Source: Methanosarcinales archaeon
GTDB lineage: Bacteria > Chloroflexota > Anaerolineae > Anaerolineales > E44-bin32
DNA: 41,902 nucleotides
Direction: 5' to 3'
NCBI GenBank assembly: GCA_048629905.1
Contig: JAIWHF010000002.1
Coordinates: forward strand, 1 to 41,902
The translations under genes were made by a program, and so were the position numbers. Shown piece by piece: positions 26,743 to 35,248 of the stretch. The first letter of the stretch is position 1, and each line of letters begins with the position of its first letter. The notes beneath the pieces were generated by a model. That model ran no database searches. It was not told the DNA's origin and saw nothing but the letters and a program-made list of their open reading frames with translations.

Positions 26743-26769
26743 TAGACCCACCCCCGTAGGGGGGGGATA
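26743..26769. promoter_or_regulatory. Candidate CsoR operator: TAGACCCACCCCCGTAGGGGGGGGATA
   Basis: GC-rich pseudo-palindrome (C5-GTA-G8) flanked by TA...ATA. It sits between the -10 element and the csoR start. It resembles the C-run/G-run operators described for CsoR-family repressors (from memory). Confidence 0.6.
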
Positions 26770-26781
26770 AGATGGGAGTGC

Positions 26782-27054
26782 ATGATGGATCGTGAGGACA
26801 CACTTCACCGCTTGAAAAATATCGCCGGCCATATTCATGGGATTGAGCGCATGGTTGAGAACGATGCCTACTGCATCGATTTGATGAGACAAATCCAGGC
26901 GGTGCAGGCGGCGTTAAACAAGGTGAGCTCGAATATATTGAACGACCATCTACATTCATGTTTGCTCACCGCGGTGCGCGGTGATGACCCGGAAGAGCGT
27001 GAACGCGTACTTAAAGAAATCATCGAAGTGTATGAGACAGCGACGAAAGTATAG
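26782..27054 (+). CDS. csoR: CsoR family copper-sensing transcriptional repressor
   Basis: Motifs RLKNIAGHIHGIERMVENDAYCIDLMRQIQAV...HLHSCL, which include the Cys/His/Cys ligand positions. Confidence 0.9.
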   Translation: MMDREDTLHRLKNIAGHIHGIERMVENDAYCIDLMRQIQAVQAALNKVSSNILNDHLHSCLLTAVRGDDPEERERVLKEIIEVYETATKV

Positions 27055-27092
27055 TTTTACAGAATCCGAGAAAGCATTCAAGGAGAGTTAAG

Positions 27093-27299
27093 ATGAGCAC
27101 AGTTTCGTTTGAAGTACCAGGGATCTCATGTGGTCACTGCACGCACACGATCCAAACCGAAGTGGGGGAGCTTGAGGGAGTGAAGAGCGTTGAAGCCTCA
27201 CAAAGTGACAGGCGTGTGAAGGTGGAGTTTGAGCCCCCAGCGACGGAAGAAATAATTGTGGGTCTGCTGACAGAAATCAATTACCCGCCAGCATTGTAG
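27093..27299 (+). CDS. copZ: Heavy-metal-associated (HMA) copper chaperone CopZ
   Basis: 68 aa. Metal site GISCGHC. Spacing is consistent with a beta-alpha-beta-beta-alpha-beta fold. Confidence 0.85.
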   Translation: MSTVSFEVPGISCGHCTHTIQTEVGELEGVKSVEASQSDRRVKVEFEPPATEEIIVGLLTEINYPPAL

Positions 27300-27347
27300 T
27301 GGTCTATTAATCGCGGTGGATTGATGAGATTAATGTAGCATCGAAGC

Positions 27348-27382
27348 GCAATGGAGTGACGTAGATGACGCCACTCCATTGC
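27348..27382 (+). terminator. 11-bp stem hairpin between copZ and copA (GCAATGGAGTG / CACTCCATTGC)
   Basis: Perfect inverted repeat with no T-tract. It may act as a partial terminator, attenuator or processing site. Confidence 0.35.
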
Positions 27383-27503
27383 ACTATATGACTGATAAAA
27401 GTTTAACTATTTTGCCTGCATGAGGAACGTTGCGATCTGTAAATTCCATGCTGATCGCCCCGAGTGATATTTACGGGATAAACAAGAAAAGGGAAAGAGA
27501 ATC

Positions 27504-29954
27504 ATGGAAGAAGCGAAGAAGACTCTCACACTTCCGATTACTGGAATGACCTGCGCGAACTGCGTGGCCGCGGTCGAGCGCAACCTGAATAAACTCGACG
27601 GAGTCCAGTCTGCGAATGTCAATTTAGCTTCTGAGCGAGCGAGTGTGGAATTCGATCCCGCCAAGGTGGATCAAAAGGACATCATCGCCCGAATCAAGCG
27701 AACAGGATATGACATCGCCCTCGGTGAGGCAGACTTCGTTCTGAAGCGTTTGGGTGACGTCAATGACGCACGCCGGCTGGAAGAAGCCCTGCTTGAAACC
27801 GACGGCGTTGTCGGCGCTTCGGCGAATCTGGCTTCCGAGCGTGTACGCGTCCAATACATACCAACCGTCGTGAGCCAGTCAGATCTTCGTAAAGTGATCC
27901 GCAATGCGGGTTTTGAAGCCCTCAAGACATCCGATCGAGTGGAGGATGTCGAACGTGCGGCACGAGAGAAGGAGATCAATCACCAGAAGCGATTGCTCAT
28001 GGTGGGGTTGTTTTTCACGATCCCCCTGTTCCTGCTTTCGATGGCCAGAGATTTTGGGTTATTACCCGCAGATATCGCTGATGCGAACTGGCTCCCGTGG
28101 CTGATGTTCGCCATGGCAACACCGGTTCAATTCTACGTTGGCTGGCAATACTACGATGGAGCCTACAAGGCGCTGCGCAACAAGTCAGCTAACATGGATG
28201 TTCTGATAGCTATGGGCTCCTCAGCTGCCTACTTTTACTCTATTCCGGTGATGCTTGGCTTGATCGATGGCCATGTATACTTTGAAACTTCGGCAGTTAT
28301 TATCACACTGATCGTCCTGGGGAAATTCCTGGAGGCGCGCGCGAAGGGCAGAACGAGCGAGGCCATTAAAAAACTACTTGGCCTTCAAGCGAGGACGGCG
28401 CGCATTGTTCGCGATGGGCAGGAAGTTGACATACCCATAGAAGAAGTCGAGGTGGGCGACATCGTCGTCGTTCGCCCTGGTGAGAAGTTCCCTGTTGATG
28501 GCGTCGTGATCGAGGGCAAAACAACTGTCGATGAGTCGATGCTCACCGGCGAGTCTCTGCCGCAAGAGAAAGGACCTGGAGATCCTGTGGTCGGCGCTAC
28601 GGTAAATAAGCTGGGCCGGATCAAGTTCGAAGCGTTAAAAATCGGCAAGGATACAGCCCTGGCGCAGATCATTCGCTTGGTCGAGGATGCTCAGGGAAGC
28701 AAAGCTCCAATTCAACGTCTGGCAGACCAGGTCTCGTCGATTTTCGTTCCGGTCGTAATCGGGATTGCCTTAGCTACGTTTTTAGCGTGGTATTTCCTTG
28801 CCCCTCCACCGACGGGCGATACTTCTACCTTCACCCGTGCCCTGATCAATATGGTGGCAGTCCTGGTCATTGCTTGCCCTTGTGCGATGGGCCTGGCTAC
28901 ACCAACAGCAGTGATGGTTGGGACCGGCAGAGGCGCTAACATGGGGATTTTATTCAAATCCAGCGCGGCGCTTGAGCGGGCGGGTAGTTTAACTACGGTC
29001 ATTCTGGATAAGACGGGCACAATTACTCGCGGCCAACCTACGGTCACCGACATCATCGTGAATGGATGGGACGGGAGTGAGAGAGATTTACTCAAGCTCG
29101 TCGCCAGCGCGGAGCGTGGTTCCGAACACCCATTGGGAGAGGCGGTTGTCGAAGCGGCTCTAGCTCAGGATATTCCATTAGATGAACCGGACGGTTTCAA
29201 AGCCATTGCCGGTCATGGGATAGTCGCCAGCGTGGGAGAGCGGGATGTTGTCATCGGTTCGCCGAAGCTGCTCGCTGAACGCGGCATGGGCATCGATGGC
29301 CTCGATGGGGAGATAGAGCGCTTGCGGTCGCAGGCGAAAACAGTGATTGCTGTTGCAGTAGACGGTAAACCAGCCGGTATTTTGGGCATCGCCGATACGG
29401 TGAAAGAGGGTTCGGTCGAAGCAATTGAAGCCCTCCATGACATGGGGTTGGAGGTCTTCATGATAACGGGCGATAACCTCCAAACCGCCCAAGCGATCGG
29501 TTCTTTGGTCGGTCTACACTCACAAGATTCCCAGGGGAACAGTCTCATCCGCGCCGAAGTGCTTCCGGCAGAGAAGGCAGAAGTGGTCAGAGATCTTCAA
29601 AGCCAGGGAAAGGTCGTTGCCATGGTCGGGGATGGGATCAATGACGCTCCAGCGCTAGCACAAGCGGATGTTGGGATCGCCATTGGAACCGGTACGGATG
29701 TGGCGATTGCCGCCGCTCCAATTACGCTTCTAAGCGGAGATCTGCGCGGCGTACCGCGAGCAATCACTCTATCTCGCAGAACTCTGCGTACCATCAAGCA
29801 GAACCTATTTTGGGCATTGATTTATAATGTACTCCTCATTCCGAGCGCAGCACTCGGTTTCCTGAATCCCATGTTTGCCGCCGGGGCTATGGCTTTCAGT
29901 TCGATATTCGTTGTAACAAACAGCCTCAGGTTGAGAAGCGTGAAGCTCACCTGA
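27504..29954 (+). CDS. copA: Copper-translocating P1B-type ATPase CopA
   Basis: N-terminal HMA domain with GMTCANC, then a second HMA-like repeat without CxxC. Also TGES, the CPC motif ([11 protein letters not shown]), DKTGT and GDGINDAP. Confidence 0.95.
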   Translation: MEEAKKTLTLPITGMTCANCVAAVERNLNKLDGVQSANVNLASERASVEFDPAKVDQKDIIARIKRTGYDIALGEADFVLKRLGDVNDARRLEEALLETDGVVGASANLASERVRVQYIPTVVSQSDLRKVIRNAGFEALKTSDRVEDVERAAREKEINHQKRLLMVGLFFTIPLFLLSMARDFGLLPADIADANWLPWLMFAMATPVQFYVGWQYYDGAYKALRNKSANMDVLIAMGSSAAYFYSIPVMLGLIDGHVYFETSAVIITLIVLGKFLEARAKGRTSEAIKKLLGLQARTARIVRDGQEVDIPIEEVEVGDIVVVRPGEKFPVDGVVIEGKTTVDESMLTGESLPQEKGPGDPVVGATVNKLGRIKFEALKIGKDTALAQIIRLVEDAQGSKAPIQRLADQVSSIFVPVVIGIALATFLAWYFLAPPPTGDTSTFTRALINMVAVLVIACPCAMGLATPTAVMVGTGRGANMGILFKSSAALERAGSLTTVILDKTGTITRGQPTVTDIIVNGWDGSERDLLKLVASAERGSEHPLGEAVVEAALAQDIPLDEPDGFKAIAGHGIVASVGERDVVIGSPKLLAERGMGIDGLDGEIERLRSQAKTVIAVAVDGKPAGILGIADTVKEGSVEAIEALHDMGLEVFMITGDNLQTAQAIGSLVGLHSQDSQGNSLIRAEVLPAEKAEVVRDLQSQGKVVAMVGDGINDAPALAQADVGIAIGTGTDVAIAAAPITLLSGDLRGVPRAITLSRRTLRTIKQNLFWALIYNVLLIPSAALGFLNPMFAAGAMAFSSIFVVTNSLRLRSVKLT

Positions 29955-29977
29955 TTTTCTGCTTCACCCAGGTGAGC
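29945..29977 (+). terminator. copA terminator hairpin (GCTCACCTG / CAGGTGAGC) overlapping the stop codon
   Basis: 9-bp stem followed by a T-rich stretch (GCAATTTTGATTT). Confidence 0.5.
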
Positions 29978-30090
29978 GCAATTTTGATTTGCCACCTTGA
30001 TCGTTGGGGGCGAAGGCGGTATGCTTCACACATTCAGGACGAGCTGAAACCACCATAAGGGGAATTCTGGGTGGAGGAGAAACGGATTCG

Positions 30091-30828
30091 ATGGATCTCA
30101 GCGGCCTCACTTTAAGCCCATACTGGGTTGGCATTGCAGCTCTTGCCGGATTGTTATCGTTCTTATCGCCCTGCGTCCTCGCTCTCGTACCAGCCTACAT
30201 CGGCTATCTCGGCGGGCGATCTGTATCACCCTCGGGTGAGGTTATCGCAAATCGCTGGACCACCTTCTCGCACGGGGTGGCTTTTGTCTTTGGGTTCAGC
30301 GTCGTATTCGTGCTGCTTGGCGCTGCCGCATCTGCGATCGGTTTCATCTTATATGATCTACGAACCTGGATTGCACGCATTGGTGGAGTGGTCGTGATTA
30401 TCTTTGGACTTCACACAATGGGTGTGATCAACATCCCTTTCCTGAACTACGACACCCGCCGGCAGGTGCAGCCTAATCCGGGATTGGGTTACTTCTCATC
30501 GGCGCTGATGGGCGTTTTCTTCGCCGCTGGCTGGGCGCCGTGTGTTGGACCCGTCCTAGGCGCCGTGCTTACACTGGCGATAAGCAGCGCTCGAATTATG
30601 GAGGGCGTCATTCTGCTCAGCGCCTATTCAATGGGCTTGGCGATCCCCTTTCTTCTGATGGCTTTAGGGATAGGACAAGCAGCAGTCCTCATGCGTAAAT
30701 ACAGCAACGTTGTCCGTTACATCTCGATTATCACCGGTGTTATCCTGGTCATTGTGGGCGTGTTACTGCTCACTGGTAAGCTCGAGCAGCTAGCGCGATT
30801 CGGATTCTTCGTCGACTTCGGCCTTTAG
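30091..30828 (+). CDS. ccdA: Cytochrome c biogenesis/thiol-disulfide electron transfer protein CcdA (DsbD family)
   Basis: Motif LLSFLSPCVLALVPAYIGYL and a second conserved Cys in AAGWAPCVGPVLGAVL. ATG 30091 follows GGAGGAG (the ORF track starts at 30004). Confidence 0.85.
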   Translation: MDLSGLTLSPYWVGIAALAGLLSFLSPCVLALVPAYIGYLGGRSVSPSGEVIANRWTTFSHGVAFVFGFSVVFVLLGAAASAIGFILYDLRTWIARIGGVVVIIFGLHTMGVINIPFLNYDTRRQVQPNPGLGYFSSALMGVFFAAGWAPCVGPVLGAVLTLAISSARIMEGVILLSAYSMGLAIPFLLMALGIGQAAVLMRKYSNVVRYISIITGVILVIVGVLLLTGKLEQLARFGFFVDFGL

Positions 30829-30835
30829 GTACAGC

Positions 30836-31453
30836 ATGCGTTTGGGAGATTCCTCTCGCATTGCCGCGTACATCCTGGTGGGTTTACTCGTTGGAATCGC
30901 TTTTGCATTAGCCTTGTTTCTCGGCTTACCAGGTGCAGAATCAGAAACTAATAGTAGCGTTCTATCAACCGCCGCGCCGGAAGCGACTGAAACAGCAGAA
31001 ATTGGAACAGTAGTGAGCAGGATTGCACCAGAGATTGGTGCACAGGCTCCAGACTTCGCGTTGCGCGATCTGGAGGGAAATGAAGTCCGCCTGAGCGACT
31101 ACCGCGGACAAACGGTGCTCCTGACCTTCTGGGCGACGTGGTGCGGTCCATGCCGTTTGGAGATGCCAACATTTGAAGACCGCTATCAAGAGTTAAAGGA
31201 CGATGGGTTCACCGTCCTGGGGTTAAATTACGACGAACCTGTTGAGGATGTAAGTGCTTTCCGTGACGAACTCGGTTTATCTTTTCCCCTTCTTCTCGAT
31301 CCTGGCGGAAGTGTTCAACGTCTTTACCGAATCCGCGGCTATCCTTCAAGTATCTTCGTTGACGACCAGGGCGTGGTCCGGATAGTTCATATAGGACTTA
31401 TAACCGAGGGTCAACTGCGAGATTATCTGGTAGAACTTGGGTATTCCCTATGA
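30836..31453 (+). CDS. Membrane-anchored TlpA/ResA-like thioredoxin-fold thiol-disulfide oxidoreductase
   Basis: N-terminal TM helix; active site FWATWCGPCRLEMP. Confidence 0.85.
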   Translation: MRLGDSSRIAAYILVGLLVGIAFALALFLGLPGAESETNSSVLSTAAPEATETAEIGTVVSRIAPEIGAQAPDFALRDLEGNEVRLSDYRGQTVLLTFWATWCGPCRLEMPTFEDRYQELKDDGFTVLGLNYDEPVEDVSAFRDELGLSFPLLLDPGGSVQRLYRIRGYPSSIFVDDQGVVRIVHIGLITEGQLRDYLVELGYSL

Positions 31454-32406
31454 TACGTGTGACGCTTTTTACTAAAGAAGATTGCAGCCTTTGTGAGGAG
31501 GTGAGGTCCTACCTGATCTCACTTGAGAAGGAAGTTCCGCATACCCTTCAAGAGGTGGATATCAATTCCGATCCGGCGCTTCTTAAGCGTTACCTCGAGC
31601 GTGTTCCTGTTGTCCAGATCGGCCCATACACTCTCGAGGCGCCCATCTCTGAGATCGATTTAAGAGTCGCGCTAAATGCGGCAGCGGATGGGCATTCTAG
31701 TGTTGAGAAACCTTCGTCAATATCGCGAGAGCAGGGGGTCAGGATGAATAAAGCGCTCCTTTTCTTCTCACGCCATTGGCTCGCTATCTTCAACTTAATC
31801 GTTTTTCTCTATATCGCCTTACCCTTCGCTTCTCCATATTTAATAAAGGCTGGTATGACGACTCCTGCTCGAGTGATATACAAGATCTACGGCCCTCTAT
31901 GCCACCAGCTTCCCTTCCGCTCCTGGTTCCTCTTCGGAGAGCAGCCTTTTTATCCTTTGGAAAGAGCAGGTTTGGATGTGAAGAGCTATGAGGAAATCGC
32001 GGGAGTCGACTCTATTGATTTGCTGCGAGATCGAGCCTTCATCGGCTACGAGAGTGTGGGATATAAAGTAGCGCTTTGTCAGCGCGATGTCGCGATTTAT
32101 GGGAGCATCTTTCTCGCCGGTGTGGCTTTTACCTTCTTCCGGCACAGGTTAAAACCACTACCTATTTGGGCCTGGTTCATTATCGGCATCCTCCCGCTTG
32201 CGTTGGATGGGGGATCCCAATTGATTACGTCTCTACCTTTCGTGCCCTTCCCATGGCGTGAGAGTACGCCCCTCTTCCGTACGCTCACGGGGGTGCTTTT
32301 CGGCGTGGCGAATGTATGGATGGCGTATCCGTATGTAGAGGAAATCATGGTCGATACCCAAACCCTTGTGGCCGCAAAGCTTGCTGCCGCAGGTGAGATC
32401 AACTGA
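31450..32406 (+). CDS. Glutaredoxin-like domain fused to a DUF2085-type membrane domain
   Basis: N-terminus VTLFTKEDCSLCEEV (Grx-like CxxC). The membrane part has CHQLPFRSWF and LCQRDVAIYGS, as in DUF2085. ATGA overlap with the upstream gene. Confidence 0.7.
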   Translation: MIRVTLFTKEDCSLCEEVRSYLISLEKEVPHTLQEVDINSDPALLKRYLERVPVVQIGPYTLEAPISEIDLRVALNAAADGHSSVEKPSSISREQGVRMNKALLFFSRHWLAIFNLIVFLYIALPFASPYLIKAGMTTPARVIYKIYGPLCHQLPFRSWFLFGEQPFYPLERAGLDVKSYEEIAGVDSIDLLRDRAFIGYESVGYKVALCQRDVAIYGSIFLAGVAFTFFRHRLKPLPIWAWFIIGILPLALDGGSQLITSLPFVPFPWRESTPLFRTLTGVLFGVANVWMAYPYVEEIMVDTQTLVAAKLAAAGEIN

Positions 32407-32507
32407 TCGATGAACCCTCTTATTGAATCCCTGGAGAACTGCAGATAGGATTCTTGAAGACAAACAGCCCGCCTATGTCTTCCTGCTTGCCATGGTAGAC
32501 TCTCACA

Positions 32508-33290
32508 ATGGTTCGCACACAGTTTGAATCCCTGGTTTATTATCAATTTAAGTCCCTATTACAGCAGGATGTGATCCATGGTGTTTTCACGCGTCATGGC
32601 GGTGTGAGTCCAGATCCCTGGCATTCGCTCAACCTCGGCAGCACCGTTGGTGATGACCCTGACAAAGTGGCAGAGAATCACCAGCGGCTATTTTCCGCGT
32701 TGGACCGTCCAGCCAGTTCGGTTTTCGATGCCTGGCAAGTGCATTCTGCCGATGTAGTTGTCGCCGATGGACCACGAAACGATCGCCCTCATACCAAGGG
32801 GGACATCATCCTCACAGACGATCCCGGTGTGACCCTCCTGATGCGGTTCGCCGACTGTGTACCCATTCTTCTTTACGATCCCCACCGCAGAGCGATCGGG
32901 ATTGCTCATGCAGGCTGGCTGGGAACGGTGCGCCGGGCAGCAGGAATCGCTGTCCAGGCGATGGTGCAAACCTTCCAGTCTGATCCTGCCGATATTCTGG
33001 CTGGTTTGGGACCTTCGATTGGACCAGACCATTACATGGTGGGAGAGGAAGTTGTCGAACAGATCGAGGCGAGCTTCGGACGGGATGCCTCTCGCCATCT
33101 CGATCGCAGAAATGGGAAGACATATCTGGATCTCTGGAGCGCAAATCGGGCATTGTTGCAGGAGCAGGGGGTAGTCCAAATCGAAGTAGCCCAGATTTGC
33201 ACAGCCTGCCATACCAATGATTGGTACTCACATCGCAGTGAGGGAGGGAAAACGGGCCGATTTGGGGCTGCGATCGCCTTGAGTGAATGA
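32508..33290 (+). CDS. pgeF: Peptidoglycan editing factor PgeF (YfiH/DUF152 laccase-domain protein)
   Basis: Motifs FTRHGGVS, LNLG, WQVHSADV, RFADCVPILLYD and GIAHAGWLGT. Confidence 0.88.
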   Translation: MVRTQFESLVYYQFKSLLQQDVIHGVFTRHGGVSPDPWHSLNLGSTVGDDPDKVAENHQRLFSALDRPASSVFDAWQVHSADVVVADGPRNDRPHTKGDIILTDDPGVTLLMRFADCVPILLYDPHRRAIGIAHAGWLGTVRRAAGIAVQAMVQTFQSDPADILAGLGPSIGPDHYMVGEEVVEQIEASFGRDASRHLDRRNGKTYLDLWSANRALLQEQGVVQIEVAQICTACHTNDWYSHRSEGGKTGRFGAAIALSE

Positions 33291-33318
33291 CCCCGAATCG
33301 CATTTTGAGAGGTCAATA

Positions 33319-34038
33319 GTGGAACAGCAAATTGACGCGAACCTGCAGCTTTTAAAAGCGCGGATTTCCGAAGCCGCTAAAAGAAGTGGAAGAGGGGCTG
33401 ACGCGATTGAGCTGGTTGCCATCTGCAAGGGGCAACCAGCTTCAAGCGTGCGTGCCGCGTACCAGGCTGGGCAAAGGGATTTTGGTGAGAACCGTGTCGC
33501 AGAAGCACGTGAGAAGCAGGCTGACCTCAGCGATCTAAACGAAATCCGCTGGCATATGGTAGGGCACATTCAGAGCCGCAAGGCGAAAGATGTCGCCCCG
33601 CATTTCTTCATGGTGCACTCCATAGACCGTGTGAAGATCGCGCAAAGGCTCGATCGTTTCGCCGCAGAAGCTGGGCGGATTTTGCCTGTCCTGATCGAGT
33701 GCAACACATCGGGGGAGGCGTCGAAGACCGGCTGGCCGTCATGGCAGAAGGAGGCCTGGCCGGGCGCCCTCGAGGATATCCAGATGATCGTCGATTATAA
33801 AAATCTGGCTGTTCGAGGATTGATGACGATGGCGCCCTGGGCGGCGCACCCCGCGGTCCTTCATTCCACGTTTCAGGGTTTGCGGGCTTTCCGGGATTTC
33901 TTGGAAGAGAAACTCTTGACGGACTTACCAGAGCTCTCGATGGGCATGACGGATGATTACGAGATCGCGATTGAAGAGGGGGCGACGATCGTACGTGTAG
34001 GGAGAGCGATCTTCGGACCGCGCCATACTGACGTCTGA
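33319..34038 (+). CDS. yggS: YggS family pyridoxal-phosphate homeostasis protein
   Basis: Motifs LVAICKGQP, FGENRVAEA, WHMVGHIQSRK, MGMTDDYEIAIEEGATIVRVGRAIFG. I prefer GTG 33319 after GAGAGG; the ORF track start GTG 33283 (8-nt overlap with pgeF) is possible. Confidence 0.88.
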   Translation: MEQQIDANLQLLKARISEAAKRSGRGADAIELVAICKGQPASSVRAAYQAGQRDFGENRVAEAREKQADLSDLNEIRWHMVGHIQSRKAKDVAPHFFMVHSIDRVKIAQRLDRFAAEAGRILPVLIECNTSGEASKTGWPSWQKEAWPGALEDIQMIVDYKNLAVRGLMTMAPWAAHPAVLHSTFQGLRAFRDFLEEKLLTDLPELSMGMTDDYEIAIEEGATIVRVGRAIFGPRHTDV

Positions 34039-34061
34039 TAGAGTTGCGGTAAAATAGTCCC

Positions 34062-34078
34062 TGAGGGAGAATCCCTCA
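34062..34078 (+). terminator. yggS terminator hairpin TGAGGGA-GAA-TCCCTCA followed by a T-rich tract
   Basis: 7-bp stem followed by TTGTGTTTGGG. Confidence 0.45.
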
Positions 34079-34141
34079 TTGTGTTTGGGTAACTGCTCAG
34101 GCATATCGTTCTTTGGACGGGAGAGTTGTTCTTCCAGGAAT

Positions 34142-34174
34142 GAGATTCTTCGTCGCTGCGCTCCTCAGAATGAC
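34142..34174 (-). repeat. GTCAT-type palindromic unit, copy 1 (reverse complement GTCATTCTGAGGAGCGCAGCGACGAAGAATCTC)
   Basis: Shares the GTCAT(T/G)C(T/G)GA...GAAxxATC(T/C)C frame with the units at 34190-34216, 35122-35163 and 35249-35276. Confidence 0.7.
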
Positions 34175-34189
34175 ATTAAGTGGGGATCG

Positions 34190-34216
34190 GTCATGCTGAA
34201 CGAAGTGAAGCATCTC
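34190..34216 (+). repeat. GTCAT-type palindromic unit, copy 2 (GTCATGCTGAACGAAGTGAAGCATCTC)
   Basis: Faces copy 1 tail-to-tail across a 15-nt spacer. It accounts for the HAERSEASR peptide in the spurious ORF 34180-34494. Confidence 0.7.
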
Positions 34217-34312
34217 GTTCTTTGACCGGGAGGCTGGTTCTCACCGGGAGCAAGTTTCTTCGCCGTAGTAACGTGGTTGGTCACAAAAATAAATTAATCT
34301 ATAGGAGTACCT

Positions 34313-34564
34313 TTGACGAGTCTAGCGGATGCAATCTCGATTGTTACAAGAGCGCTTACCTTAATCATTCTGGCGGATGTGCTAGTTGGGTATTTTTTGG
34401 ATGCGTTTCACCCAATACGCCAATTCTTAGATTCGATTGTTCAACCATTTCTCGCGCCAATACGCAAGTTATTACCTTCTTCGGGAGGCCTTGATTTCAG
34501 TCCATTAGTTTTATTTTTTCTGGTTGAGATGGCCGGCAGAGTGTTAGTGGGGATACTCGTTTGA
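34313..34564 (+). CDS. yggT: YggT (Ycf19) family membrane protein
   Basis: 83 aa with two hydrophobic helices. Motif PIRKLLPSSGGLDFSPLVLFFLV. TTG start 5 nt after AGGAG. Confidence 0.8.
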   Translation: MTSLADAISIVTRALTLIILADVLVGYFLDAFHPIRQFLDSIVQPFLAPIRKLLPSSGGLDFSPLVLFFLVEMAGRVLVGILV

Positions 34565-34899
34565 ATCAACAGACAAAAGACAGGGAATTTAAACTCTCTA
34601 ATGGGAAACGGGGGGCTGCACTTACAGTCCGCGTGACCCCACGATCCCGAAAGACTGAATTTGGAGGCATCCTGGAGGATGGAACGGTGCGGATTCGTGT
34701 TGCAGCACCGCCGGTGGATGGGAAGGCAAATCGCGCCGTAATCGCCTTCCTGGCAAAGGCGATGGGTACTAGGAAAAATAAGATCGAGATCGTTGCCGGT
34801 GAGCGCGGGCTCGATAAGATAATTTCAATCGACGGGATGTCTGCCGAAGAGGTTGAGAAGAATATTCAAGCGCATCTCGATCGAAAGAGCAAGAAATAA
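34561..34899 (+). CDS. yggU: DUF167 (YggU) family protein
   Basis: Motifs LTVRVTPRSRKTEF and IRVAAPPVDGKANRAVIAFLAK. TTGA overlap with yggT. Confidence 0.85.
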   Translation: MNQQTKDREFKLSNGKRGAALTVRVTPRSRKTEFGGILEDGTVRIRVAAPPVDGKANRAVIAFLAKAMGTRKNKIEIVAGERGLDKIISIDGMSAEEVEKNIQAHLDRKSKK

Positions 34900-34934
34900 C
34901 ATCGAGATCGAACGTACATATCGCGGTGACATTT

Positions 34935-34962
34935 GGACTGACTGAAATGTCAGTCCTTTTCT
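34935..34962 (+). terminator. Rho-independent terminator of yggU: GGACTGAC-TGAAAT-GTCAGTCC followed by TTTTCT
   Basis: Perfect 8-bp stem and T-tract. The stem and loop closely resemble the hairpin at 35069-35091. Confidence 0.7.
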
Positions 34963-34979
34963 GTCCATTTCCAAGACCT

Positions 34980-35008
34980 GTAGGGCCGAGCCGCCGGTTC
35001 GCCCCTAC
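34980..35008. repeat. Imperfect hairpin GTAGGGCCGA...TCGCCCCTAC
   Basis: About 10-bp stem with one mismatch. It shares the GTAGGGGCCGA core with 13265-13290. Confidence 0.5.
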
Positions 35009-35068
35009 CAAAAACCCAATACCTGCATTCAGGCGCATAGATGCGTGTGCCCTTATATTAAAAACGGA

Positions 35069-35091
35069 GGGCCGACTGATATGTCGGTCCC
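35069..35091. repeat. Hairpin GGGCCGAC-TGATAT-GTCGGTCCC
   Basis: 8-bp stem with one bulge. Same family as 13269-13290, 34935-34956 and 35448-35469. Confidence 0.6.
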
Positions 35092-35121
35092 TGCGCGTTC
35101 AGGGGGTTGTTTACTCAAATT

Positions 35122-35163
35122 GTCATTTCGAGAGAGCCGTGAAACGGCGACCGAGAAATCCCT
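35122..35163 (+). repeat. GTCAT-type unit, copy 3 (GTCATTTCGAG...CGAGAAATCCCT) with an inserted GCCGT-GAA-ACGGC mini-hairpin
   Basis: Both halves are reverse-complementary to copy 4 at 35249-35276. Together the two copies form inverted repeats around an ~85-bp core. Confidence 0.7.
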
Positions 35164-35248
35164 AGGATGAAACTATGACAGATCGAATGCTGGAGGAATC
35201 CATTTGCATTCACTCGAAAGAGCATCGTTATGAATTAAGCATCACATA

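Larger units (their letters stand above)
34106..34262. repeat. Approximately 109-bp-period tandem block (two ~47-nt arms at 34106-34152 and 34215-34262) carrying an inverted pair of GTCAT-type units
   Basis: The arms share TCGTTCTTTG at the 5' end and TTCTTCG at the 3' end, and are roughly 70 percent identical by hand alignment. Confidence 0.7.

Noticed and set aside
34106-34262. The repeat block as a small CRISPR array.
   Set aside because: There are only two diverged arms. The repeats are about 47 nt long and imperfect, there is a single spacer-like interval that itself consists of palindromic units, and no cas genes are present in the window.
34180-34494. ORF 34180-34494 (104 aa) and ORF 34926-35165 (79 aa) as small proteins.
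   Set aside because: Their 5' or 3' parts are translations of the palindromic repeat units (HAERSEASR and CHFERAVKRRPRN). ORF 34180 also overlaps the well-supported yggT frame. Neither has a ribosome-binding site.
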